34,045 bases of DNA from contig JAGXOR010000003.1 of assembly GCA_023659785.1 (NCBI GenBank), positions 1-34,045 on the forward strand. The letters run 5' to 3'. The notes below the pieces were generated by a model. The model ran no database searches, was not told the origin of the DNA, and saw only the letters and a list, made by a program, of their open reading frames with translations. The DNA is from Methanomicrobia archaeon LH_S13 (GTDB lineage: Archaea; Halobacteriota; Syntropharchaeia; Alkanophagales; Methanospirareceae). This document shows, piece after piece, positions 18,060 through 27,859 of the stretch. Both the position numbers and the translations under genes were made by a program. The number at the start of each line of letters is the position of its first letter. Positions within the stretch are counted from its first letter, which is position 1.

Positions 18060-19052
18060 ATGAAAATCATCCCTGAAGAGATTAAGGACATTGAAAGGCT
18101 ACAGAAATATGAACGAATATTTCATGGACTTTTAAAAAACGAAATTTTTTCTAAACATGATATATGGGATTGCGGTGAGAGCAAAAGATTAATCGGGAGG
18201 ATAATAAATATACTTCTTGACGAAGGTTCGATTGTTAAACAGGCAAAAGAGACTTTTCAATGGGAACCCTCTTCTATAGAATTGTATAAGAAAGAATGGA
18301 TTGCTTCTGTGCGTCCCTCACATCAATTAAAGAGATTGAGGAAGGAAGAACGACCGAGAGAGAAACTTCTCATTTATGGGTCTTCCAAACTAACCACGCC
18401 TGAACTTTTAGCCATCTTCCTGCGTTCAGGGATTCAAGGTAAAAGTGCAATAATAATCGCAAATGACCTTCTCACGCAGTTTGGAGGTGTGAAAGGGATA
18501 TTTGAAGCAGATAAAAAGAAGCTTATGGAAATAGAAGGGTTAGGTGAGGCAAAAGTTGCACAAATAAAGGCGATTCATGCACTGGCTGAGGAATACTTGA
18601 AGGAGACGATGAAATCGGTTAGTAAAGTGAGAAACTCGAAAGAGGTGTTTGATTACCTGTATCTAACAATGCGAGATTTAAAAACAGAAAAATTCAAGGT
18701 TATTTATTTGAACAGTGCAGGTCAGATTATTGGTGATGAGAACCTTTTTGAGGGGACATTAAACGCGAGTTCGGTGTATCCAAGAGAGATAGTGAAAAGT
18801 GCGGTCAGTAAGAACGCCGCTTCGCTTATATTTGTTCATAATCATCCTTCGGGAGACCCTACACCTTCGGAAAGCGACAAGGCGATAACAGAAGATTTGG
18901 TCTATGCGTGTAACACCATGCAAATTAAAGTCTTAGACCATATTATTATAGGTGAGAATAGATATTTCAGTTTTACAGACGAGGGGTTAATTGAGGAGTA
19001 TAATTTAAATTTTTGTAGTATAAAAGAAAGTAGAAGAGGAGCAAATAGATGA
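18060..19052 (+). CDS. radC: RadC family JAB-domain protein with extra N-terminal domain
   Basis: [18 protein letters not shown], Hh[35 protein letters not shown]. Confidence 0.92.
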   Translation: MKIIPEEIKDIERLQKYERIFHGLLKNEIFSKHDIWDCGESKRLIGRIINILLDEGSIVKQAKETFQWEPSSIELYKKEWIASVRPSHQLKRLRKEERPREKLLIYGSSKLTTPELLAIFLRSGIQGKSAIIIANDLLTQFGGVKGIFEADKKKLMEIEGLGEAKVAQIKAIHALAEEYLKETMKSVSKVRNSKEVFDYLYLTMRDLKTEKFKVIYLNSAGQIIGDENLFEGTLNASSVYPREIVKSAVSKNAASLIFVHNHPSGDPTPSESDKAITEDLVYACNTMQIKVLDHIIIGENRYFSFTDEGLIEEYNLNFCSIKESRRGANR

Positions 19053-19053
19053 G

Positions 19054-20413
19054 ATGAATAAACTAAGTGATGAGGAGATAGAATATATGAGTAAATGTTT
19101 AACAGAGGGTAAGCCGCTTCCAGATAGTTACAGGTATATCATTCCTTTTGAGACAAAAAAGGAATATGAACTTACTTATGAAGGCAAGGAGCGGGAGGAA
19201 GAAATACTCGCAGATACAATGGCGGTTCCTTTGCAACCCGTGAAAACCTTTGGTGATGGAAATGGTGGCTGGACGAACAAGCTGATTTTTGGCGATAACC
19301 ATCAGGTTCTTAAAGCCTTAATGGATGATCCTGAGGTTTACGATAAAAATGCAGGAAAAGGAAAGGTGAGGCTGATTTATATTGATCCTCCTTTTGCTAC
19401 AAAACAGGAATTCAGAGGCACTCAGGATCAAAAGGCTTATCAGGATAAGATAATAGGAGCGCAGTTCCTGGAATTTCTGAGAAAAAGGCTTGTCTTTTTG
19501 AGAGAGCTCTTGGCTGATGATGGGAGTATCTACGTGCATTTGGACTGGAGAAAAGCTCATTATTTTAAGACTTTAATGGATGAGATTTTTGGAGAGCATA
19601 ATTTAGTTAATGAAATAATATGGAATTATAAAGGAACGACTAACAGCCAGAATATGTATGCAAGGAAACACGAAACCATTTATTTTTATACAAAAAATTG
19701 GGGCAAGCATATTTTTAATCCCGATGGTGTAAGAATTGGATATGATGATTTATCTGCATACAAAAAGGACAAGGGCGGTAAGTGGTATAAACAGTGGACA
19801 AAGGAACGGAGACATTACCCAGCTCAAGAATTTATGAATGGCGAATGGGTACTATTAGGTAAATATAGATACGATGTGTGGGATGATGTTCCATCAATGG
19901 CTACAGCTCATGGCTCTGAGTATTTAGGTTTTCCAAATCAGAAGAAAGAAAGACTATTAGAAATTATCATCAAAGCTTCCTCCAATCCTGGTGATATTGT
20001 TCTTGACGCCTTTGCTGGTTCTGGGACAATAGGAGCAGTGGCAGAAAAACTTGGTAGAAGATGGATTATGATTGATTGTGGTAAACTTGCCATTTATACT
20101 ATGCAAAAAAGATTGCTAAATCTTAAGGAAAAGATTGGCAATAAAGGAAAGGCATTAAAGCCAAAACCTTTTACTCTTTATAACGCTGGTCTGTATAATT
20201 ATAAAATGGTTAAAGATTTGCCCAGGGATAAATATAGGGAATTTGTGCTTAAACTCTTTCAGTGCAGGGATGAAAAACATAGAATTGCTGGTGTAGAACT
20301 GGACGGTTATCTTTGTGCGGGGGCAGATGATGATTATTTATATTGATATTTTCGGGAATGAGAAGAGAGAGATGAAGAGATTAGAGAACTTTAAGGAAAG
20401 GGGGCAAAATTAA
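19054..20413 (+). pseudogene. Type III R-M-like adenine methyltransferase (Mod), internal deletion and frameshift near 3' end
   Basis: [21 protein letters not shown] motifs. The ORF stops at 20346, but a Mod-like C-terminus [21 protein letters not shown] continues in another frame to ~20413. Confidence 0.8.
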
Positions 20414-21375
20414 TGGAGACAAGATTAAAAACCTCTTGTCTATACACCAGATGAGTGGAAATGTGCAGAGGAGATTAATAGTGCCTTTATCCGGTTAGTT
20501 TTATCAAAAGGAATTGTTTTATCAGACGCAAAGAGTAGAAGAAAAGACCATTTATGAGCGAGCAGTTACGGAGGATCGGCGGGAGAAGAGCACTCTTATA
20601 GAGTTTGATGTGTACACTGCTGAAGAGATTGCTCAAATTGTTCATAATAGGTACAAAAGTTGGGATATGGAAGAAAGCACAAATTATGCTCAAGAACACC
20701 CTCTTGATAAAATCTTACCCATTATTAGAAATTCTTTGGAACAGAGGGGAAATTTAATTAATGAAAAGGGCAGACAGAGGATATTGCAAGCATTTGGGGT
20801 AATAAAAAGGAAGAGAAGCAAAAGTTTGCGGTATAAAGTAGAAGTCGAGAACATTTTTAAAATTAACACATCAGATATTAAAAGAAGTAGTTTAGGGTTC
20901 ACAAATAAGCGGTCTTAAGTCCACCTAAGTGATCATTACCCGGCTTCTCGGTGCCACCTTTCCCCGCAGCTTCTCTCTTACTTTGCTCACCACGAGTTCG
21001 CCGACATCCGATGCATTGCGTTCATCGACCTCTATTTTCATCGGTCTCATTATTTGTTTATTTACTTCTGTTACTATATAAAGGTTAATGATAATCAATC
21101 ACGATTTGGGAATGGACGTGCACACAGCATCGGCATTAGTATTGGGGTTGCGGTATTTGCATACACTTAAAACCACATAAGAGCATGAAAACTGGAACTG
21201 TTGAAAAGGCATTGGTGCCTTGAGAAGGGATGGTAGTATTTTCTATGACAATTACTCCGTGAGTAACAGTGATGAAGAAGATAGAAAGCTGTTAAAAGAA
21301 CTGTTGGATGACGAAACTCTTCCAAGATATGCATTACAGAGGATCGAAATGAATCGGAACTTGAAGCAAATTTAG
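20413..21375 (+). pseudogene. Type III R-M-like restriction subunit (Res) remnant, heavily deleted and interrupted by an insertion
   Basis: ATG overlaps the Mod-tail stop. The middle fragment ends ..NTSDIKRSSLG at 20896 and resumes in frame after the element as IGALRRDGSIFYDNYS..LLKELLDDETLPR. Res identity comes from position and recalled similarity; no helicase motifs remain. Confidence 0.6.
20895..21209 (+). mobile_element. ~311-bp non-autonomous element, copy 2 (IS607-like)
   Basis: Direct-orientation copy of 16863-17181. Removing 20897-21209 leaves one GG and restores an open frame TTA GGC ATT GGT GCC TTG AGA AGG. Confidence 0.78.
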
Positions 21376-21393
21376 AAGAATAGACAACAAAAA

Positions 21394-22749
21394 ATGAACA
21401 TAAGAGCAAGAAAAATATACGAGGCGCTGTTTGCACTTGAAGACCTGCGAGGAATATTCAGGCATGCCTTACCCACGGGACTCGACAAAAACGAAGAAGA
21501 ACAACTCTTAACTGGCATAGCCCGTGTAGAAGCCATCATAAAAGAATTAAAAGAGGGCAAGGGCAGCCCAATCAAATACGTAGAGGATAAGATTGAACTA
21601 AGAACAATAGAAGAAGAATTCATAAACATTAATGCCATTCAACCCGGTGGGAGATTAACGCCAGAAGCGCGAAAAGCACTTATTGCATACGGCGATGGAT
21701 ATTCCGTCTGCGATAAATGTCTGGAGGGCAGGCTTGATAAGATCAGAAAACCGCCTGTGGACGAATTCCATGCAGAACTCGCCGAATTTGTAGGTATGGA
21801 CGAAGTAAGGGTTGTGCCGGGTGCGAGGAGAGGTTTCCAGGCTGTTACTTCCTCTCTGCTTGAGAAAGGCGACATCGTGTTAGTTTCGGATTTGGCGCAT
21901 TATACCGAGTACTTAGCAGTAGAGAATGTAGGTGGCAAAATTAAAGAAGTTCCTTCTGGCGAGAAGAACATAATTACCGGTGATGCCGTAGCAGAAAAGA
22001 TAGAAAGTGTGAAGGAAGAGACGGGAAAACTACCTAAACTTATCATCATTGAGCATTTTGATTACGGCTTCGGGAACGAGCATGACGTGTATGGCGTGGG
22101 AAAGGTTGCAAAGGGATATGACATCCCTTTTCTTTACAATGGCGCTTATTCCGTGGGGATACTGCCCGTGAACGGTAAGGACATAGGAGCTGACTTCGTT
22201 GTGGGCTCAGGGCATAAGAGTATGGCGGCAGTCGCACCCTCAGGCATCCTTGCCACTACTGAAGATTGGGCACCAAAAGTATTCAGAGGCAGTCATATAG
22301 TTGGAGATACCACAGGTAGGAGATTCGAGAATAAAGAGCCGGAGATGCTGGGCTGCACCCTGATGGGTGGGACATTGCTATCCATGATGGCTTCTTTTCC
22401 ATACATAAAAGAGCGAGTGAAGAGATGGGATGAGGAAGTAAAGAAATCAAATTATTTCATCCAAGAGTTCTTGCGAATAGAAGGGAATAAAATATCGAGT
22501 GAATATCCTCGTAAACATACGCTTTCAAAAGTTGATACTCGCGATAGTTTCGACAGAATTGCGAAGAGGCATAAGCGACGAGGCTTTTTTCTCAGCGATG
22601 AATTGAAGCGAAGAGGAATTATAGGTGAATTCGCAGGCTCGACAAGGGTATGGGAACTTAATACTTATGGGTTGTGCTGGGGCAGGATAAAGTACCTGAG
22701 CGAGGCGTTCAAAGAAATAGCGGGGAAATATGAGTTGCCTATACGATAG
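21394..22749 (+). CDS. pscS: Sep-tRNA:Cys-tRNA synthase (SepCysS) with N-terminal extension
   Basis: FININAIQPGGRLT, GDGYSVCDKC, GARRG, PLP lysine SGHKS, LGCT. Confidence 0.93.
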   Translation: MNIRARKIYEALFALEDLRGIFRHALPTGLDKNEEEQLLTGIARVEAIIKELKEGKGSPIKYVEDKIELRTIEEEFININAIQPGGRLTPEARKALIAYGDGYSVCDKCLEGRLDKIRKPPVDEFHAELAEFVGMDEVRVVPGARRGFQAVTSSLLEKGDIVLVSDLAHYTEYLAVENVGGKIKEVPSGEKNIITGDAVAEKIESVKEETGKLPKLIIIEHFDYGFGNEHDVYGVGKVAKGYDIPFLYNGAYSVGILPVNGKDIGADFVVGSGHKSMAAVAPSGILATTEDWAPKVFRGSHIVGDTTGRRFENKEPEMLGCTLMGGTLLSMMASFPYIKERVKRWDEEVKKSNYFIQEFLRIEGNKISSEYPRKHTLSKVDTRDSFDRIAKRHKRRGFFLSDELKRRGIIGEFAGSTRVWELNTYGLCWGRIKYLSEAFKEIAGKYELPIR

Positions 22750-22797
22750 CCCGTATCTGCTCAAAATTTTGTGTTTTGAAATCCTAATCCTAAACAC

Positions 22798-24369
22798 CTA
22801 TTTCTCTTTCACATAAATCATATCCCCTTCTTTTAGCTTACTGAGAAAAGACAAAGTTGAAGGTGTAAAAGAAGAAAAAGAAAGGACGAGGTTTACGCCA
22901 TCGAAAGTCTCGCCGGTGGGTCCGTATTTCTTGCTGTCGTCCAATCTGATTCCCATTATCCCTCGGTTTAAGCGGGACATGTTTGTAATCCCAAGGACTC
23001 CCTTTTTAACCTTTTCTTTTGGCAAGTTCTCGGGAACAAGTGTCCCCGCTTCATCTGCGCTTCCATGAAATAGTACCATCTTCCCAGGAATACTGAAATG
23101 GACCTTTAAAAGTCCTATTGGTCTGTTAATCAACCCTGTAAGCTTTCTGAAATACCATACGGTCTTAGGCGCCTCATCATAAAATAACTCTATTATAAAC
23201 ACTCCTTCCTTCTTAACACCAATTGTTTTTACTTCCCCCACCTCCATGATATCCATCGTCAACGCTGGTCCCTGATCTACAACCACTGCATTATCATCCT
23301 TGTTTCCTTCCCTTAGCGATCCGATATCCTCACGCTCTAAATACTCCTCCGCTTCGCGCTGCGTTTTTCCTACCACTGTCATCCACTTCGGCTCTGTCGA
23401 GGTATAAATAACATCTCCAAATTGTGCGTAATCAATCAATTCTCCACCCTGTATTATCTCACCAAATACGTTATGAGAAGGATGAGGCAGCCTGCTTTCC
23501 TTATACGCATAAATTTTCCCTTTCTCTGTCCCTGTGTTCCTCGCCGTCAGGTAATATTTTGATCGGTAGCTGATGTTCTCAACAGGCAAATTAAGCCTTT
23601 TTAAAGCTTCTGAAGCCATATAAGTATGTGAAAGGTCATCTATGTGAAAAACACCATCTCTTGTAAGAGACAAGAAATGCTCGCATGACATTGGTGCTTC
23701 TCGAAAGAGTTTTACATTTGCAAAGGTGCATATCTCCTGCCCTTCCTCTATCTCCGTATTCAAGTCAGTAGTGACAAATCCCGCTCTCTCCGCTTTTGTT
23801 ACAATAGGGCTTATCCCCTCTATTCTGTCACCCTCGCGCAAATCCGAAATAATATCCCTGCCCCTCGTTAATTTCCCTATTATAGCATCCCTATCAGTCC
23901 CATAAACAGCTTCGTGGTCTCGCTTGCTTATCATAAGATATGTCATGCCCGGATCAAAACCGCCAAAGCCGAAGAAAACATCCCATTTCTTGTATTTATG
24001 CTCGCTTTTTTCTACCTTTAGATTCGTCGCTATCGGTCCAATAGCAGTTATATCCTCACTCTTCCATCCTATCCTACCGCTACCATTGCGGAATTCCTTA
24101 TAAGTCTTATAGAATAAAGACCGTGCATCAGTTTCAGTTTCAATTTCAGTTTCAGCCCCAGCTTCAGCCTCCTTTTCTCTGACAATTTTTATCCTTGCCT
24201 CTCCCCCTTCTGTTTTCACAGCAAATACATTTTTTAATTCCTTGCTTTCCTTCTCTGAGGCAACAGCCACTATACAGCCTTGCTTGTATGCACCATTCAG
24301 CTCTTCGATAATATCTCCTAATCTTTTGCTTTTTACTTCCCGTGTTTCACCATTGAACTTGAGTTTCAT
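22798..24369 (-). CDS. Methanogenesis marker protein 3 (cyclophilin-like, UPF0288)
   Basis: APMSCEHFL, TARNTG..KGKIYAYKESR..HPSHNVFG, APKTVWYFRKLTGL, GITNMSR..RG.MGIRL, YGPTGE. Confidence 0.88.
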   Translation of the reverse strand: MKLKFNGETREVKSKRLGDIIEELNGAYKQGCIVAVASEKESKELKNVFAVKTEGGEARIKIVREKEAEAGAETEIETETDARSLFYKTYKEFRNGSGRIGWKSEDITAIGPIATNLKVEKSEHKYKKWDVFFGFGGFDPGMTYLMISKRDHEAVYGTDRDAIIGKLTRGRDIISDLREGDRIEGISPIVTKAERAGFVTTDLNTEIEEGQEICTFANVKLFREAPMSCEHFLSLTRDGVFHIDDLSHTYMASEALKRLNLPVENISYRSKYYLTARNTGTEKGKIYAYKESRLPHPSHNVFGEIIQGGELIDYAQFGDVIYTSTEPKWMTVVGKTQREAEEYLEREDIGSLREGNKDDNAVVVDQGPALTMDIMEVGEVKTIGVKKEGVFIIELFYDEAPKTVWYFRKLTGLINRPIGLLKVHFSIPGKMVLFHGSADEAGTLVPENLPKEKVKKGVLGITNMSRLNRGIMGIRLDDSKKYGPTGETFDGVNLVLSFSSFTPSTLSFLSKLKEGDMIYVKEK

Positions 24370-24561
24370 AACATGATTTTGGTGCGGGTTATTTTTAAAG
24401 TTTTCCTTTTTTTTACCTTTTTTAATCTCTGGAACTATAAGTATGCAACATGAGAGTTAGAGCGAAAAGGGAAAGGGGAAGGGGAATGCCGAAGAAACAT
24501 AAAGTGAAGAGCGAATTTGAGCAGCAAGCGAGAGGGATAATAAAAGAGGAACTGAAAAAAC

Positions 24562-25797
24562 TCAAGGTTGCACGGACATAATTTTTCGGGCTTGCTCGGG
24601 ATATTGTGCAATGAATTTCATCTCGCCCTCCGTCACGGGCTTCTGCGTGTGAACGTTCGCATACCTCACGAGTTCTAATATCTCACGGGCTTCTGCGGCA
24701 TCTCGAAATTTTAGCTTATATTTACCTGCTACATTCTTGAACCCTTTTATTCCCGAATATTCTCCCGTTGTTATAAGCCTGCCCGTCTCAATCTGCTCGA
24801 TATGCCCTCTGCCGACTTCGGTGTAGTCATACAGTTCATAATTTCTGCTGTCCTTCAACGTGCCGTCAACGTGTATTCCTGATTCATGTGCGAAGGCATT
24901 ATTGCCCACCGCAGCCTGGTTTAGTGGGATAGGCACTCTGAATGCGAGAGAAGCGTAGTTGCATATCTTCCATACGCGGTTTAAATCAATATCCTGCAAA
25001 TGGTATTTGTTTTCAAATCCGCTGGACTTCTTTACTGCAAGTATTGTCGAAGCGAGGTCTGCGTTGCCGGCTCGTTCTCCTATTCCGTTGACTGTTGTAT
25101 TGATATACGCACCTACTCCCGTATCTATCGCTGCTTTTGCCCCTGCAACTGAATTGGCAACCGCCATGCCCAAATCATTATGGCAGTGCAGTTCGATTGA
25201 CATACCCACTGACTCACCGAGCATTTTTATTCGCTCATATATTGTGAAAGGGTCGTCATATCCCAGTGTGTCGCAGTATCTTATCCGGTCCGCACCGTGT
25301 TGTTTGGCTGCTTCGGCGAATTCAATCAGTTTTTCGATTTTCGCCCTCGAAGCGTCTTCTGCATTTACTCCAATACCCGCTGCACCGCGTTCCCTGGCTG
25401 TGTCAACGGCTTCGCACATCATATCTATTATCCCCTCCCAACGCAATTTGTCCCTGAATTTGCCTTTTATCATTTGCTTGGATATTGGTATGCTCAAATT
25501 AACGTCCTTCAGCTTCGGCACCAGTCGGAAAGCTTCTTCGACATCACCCTTTATTGCTCTCAACCACCCGCTGAGTCGTATGCGCTTCATTGCCCCTATC
25601 TCTGCCAACTCCAGATTTGCATTCAAATAGTTCGTCTCGTGCCTCGTGACTGGAAATCCAAACTCGCTCAGGGAAACCCCCATCTCATCTAAGTAAAGGT
25701 TCAGCATGGTCTTCTCTAACTTCGCTAATCCTAATTTTGACGTCTGCACTCCGTCCCTATTCGTGACGTCAATTATGTATATCGTGTTCTTCACCAT
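24562..25797 (-). CDS. Homocitrate synthase / LeuA-family DRE-TIM acyltransferase
   Basis: DVTNRDGVQT, NAEDASR, CDTLG, HCHNDLGMAVAN, NGIGERAGNA, AFAHESGIH; exact substrate uncertain. Confidence 0.85.
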   Translation of the reverse strand: MVKNTIYIIDVTNRDGVQTSKLGLAKLEKTMLNLYLDEMGVSLSEFGFPVTRHETNYLNANLELAEIGAMKRIRLSGWLRAIKGDVEEAFRLVPKLKDVNLSIPISKQMIKGKFRDKLRWEGIIDMMCEAVDTARERGAAGIGVNAEDASRAKIEKLIEFAEAAKQHGADRIRYCDTLGYDDPFTIYERIKMLGESVGMSIELHCHNDLGMAVANSVAGAKAAIDTGVGAYINTTVNGIGERAGNADLASTILAVKKSSGFENKYHLQDIDLNRVWKICNYASLAFRVPIPLNQAAVGNNAFAHESGIHVDGTLKDSRNYELYDYTEVGRGHIEQIETGRLITTGEYSGIKGFKNVAGKYKLKFRDAAEAREILELVRYANVHTQKPVTEGEMKFIAQYPEQARKIMSVQP

Positions 25798-25846
25798 TTC
25801 TAATATTGCCCCTCTTTTTCTTATTTCTACTAATAATACTTAACTT

Positions 25847-26579
25847 TCATATGTCTTTCTCTTTCTCCATCTCCTTCTGCTGCATCCTCCTGAAAATGGT
25901 AGGACAACAGATACTTGTTATTATCGCAAGTACAATGATAGCCGATTCATTTAAACCATTCTGAAAGACGCTCTGGATAATGCCAGATTGCAAGCTTACC
26001 CACGTAATATATTATAAAAAACAGAACGAATAAGAACGCAAATAAAAACATCTCCCACGTGAATCCCTTTTTAAAATGTAGTGTGTACACCGTAATGAGC
26101 AACACGGTAGCAAAATCTGCAATGAATGCCGATATGAGTATTGTCTGTCCAAAATCGCTTTTTAATAGCCCCAGTTCCCTTATCGTCGGCATGGTCAATC
26201 CCACCGCGGAGGTTGAGAGCAAGAGTGCAAGATATAACCCAAAGCCCAGTTTAGTCGTCAGGAATATCGAAATGCCGAGTGTGATGATAAAGATAAGAGT
26301 TCCGAGGAGAAACAGTTTCGCACCCTGAACCTCAATCTTAGAAAAATCTATCTCCAGACCCACTAAAAACATCAGAAATATAAGCCCAAATCTTGCAAGA
26401 AAGTCTATAACTATCTGCCCCTCTGCTTCGAGTGAGAATCCCAAAATCCCAAGAAGGATTCCGCAAATGATCTCCCCAACCACTGCCAGGACGCCTATTC
26501 TACCAGAAATAATCGGAATGATGAATGCGAAGACCGCTATCGCTAATAAGAGGATATAGGGGCTTATGGTTATTATCAT
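25847..26579 (-). pseudogene. CPA2/Kef-type cation:proton antiporter, internally deleted
   Basis: N-terminal half (VVGEIICG, FLMFLVGLEID, ADF) stops at 25947. The last helix SAIIVLAIITSICCPTIFRRMQ..* follows immediately in another frame. Confidence 0.75.
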
Positions 26580-26584
26580 AACAG

Positions 26585-27741
26585 CTACACAACCGTTAGA
26601 ACAGAACAGGGAGCGCCGCTTACTATTCTACTTATCAGGTCTGAGCTTATAACACCTCTTCCTCGCCAGGGAATCACTGTGAGCTCGTACTTCCCTCTTC
26701 TCACTTCTTTTACCGCTTCTATCCCCGGGTTACCCTCTATCCAATCTTCAATAATCCGTATGTTTCCTTTTTCCCCCATCTTCTTTATCCAGTCAATCAA
26801 CTCCCTTGGAACAGCCTCCAGAATGAGTAAATGCAGGTCTGCACCGCATGAATGCGCTATCTGAACTGCATGTCTTCCAACACTCGCAGACACACCAGAT
26901 GAATCCAGAAGTGCAAGAACGTGTTCGTAATACCTGAATGTTCGAGCAACAAGAATCGGACAGCAAGCGCATTTTATTAGCTTCAAATAAATAATCTATC
27001 CATAATGCCGAGCTCTTCGTGGTCTATTATTACACAATCAGGGTGATAGAAGTGCTCCTTTACACGGTCGATTATTATACAGCCGGGATAATGCAGGAGC
27101 TTTTTTATAATGTCCATCCGTTTCTCCTCTTCCAATACTATATTCTTTATATTCTTAAGCGGTACGCCTATCTCCATTGCTCTGGATTCCATCTCTTGCC
27201 TGTCTATCTCCTCAGATGATACAGCAGTGACCTCTGCACCTGCTACGGAAGCAACGAACAAAGCTTCCTTGAACGCTTCATCTATTGTATTTTTACTGAG
27301 GATTGGAACGAGGATTTTTTCAAATGGCTTGCGTATCTCTGCACTCGCATCAAAGCCAGAACGCATCGTATCACCGATGAGATCTGCAACTATCTTTGTA
27401 GGAGACATGATGGATTCAATACCCAGCTTCTGAAACCTCTCCCGGTCTTCTGGGTCTTCTACCCGAGCAATTATCTTAGGAACACCATATTTCTTCGCAA
27501 TAGCTGCAGCACGATAATTGACATCGTCATTGCTCGTGAGCGATATAAAAACCTCGGCATCATCCAAACCCACTCGCCTTAACAAGTCTTCATCGCTTCC
27601 ATCACCTATGATTACCTCCACACCCGCTAATTCCGAAAGCTTTTCACGTTTTTCCTTGTTTATCTCAATAGTCACAGATTCCGGCAACTGGGCGGCTACT
27701 TCTCTCCCTGCTCTTCCACCGCCAACAATAATTTTTTTCAT
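26585..27741 (-). pseudogene. TrkA-N (RCK) plus universal-stress-protein domain fusion, frameshifted into two ORFs
   Basis: IIVGGGRAG, IGDGSD, IIARVED, then USP-like KILVP. The second ORF has only a TTG start and begins with a USP C-terminal motif (CPILVAR) and ends APCSVLTV, implying one broken gene. Confidence 0.7.
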
Positions 27742-27859
27742 TTCTTCTACTTGACCGGATTAATTAGAATTTAAGCTGTCCTTTAACTTTTTTCTAAATT
27801 GTGCTTTCATTGCAAAGATTTATTTATCAAGTGTGAAAGGAATAAAAAAGGGAAGAAGA

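Noticed and set aside
20890-21215. Mini-element as a self-splicing or bulge-helix-bulge intron
   Set aside because: No group I core is recognisable, only 4-5 bp of end pairing with no clear BHB geometry, and the host gene is otherwise destroyed.
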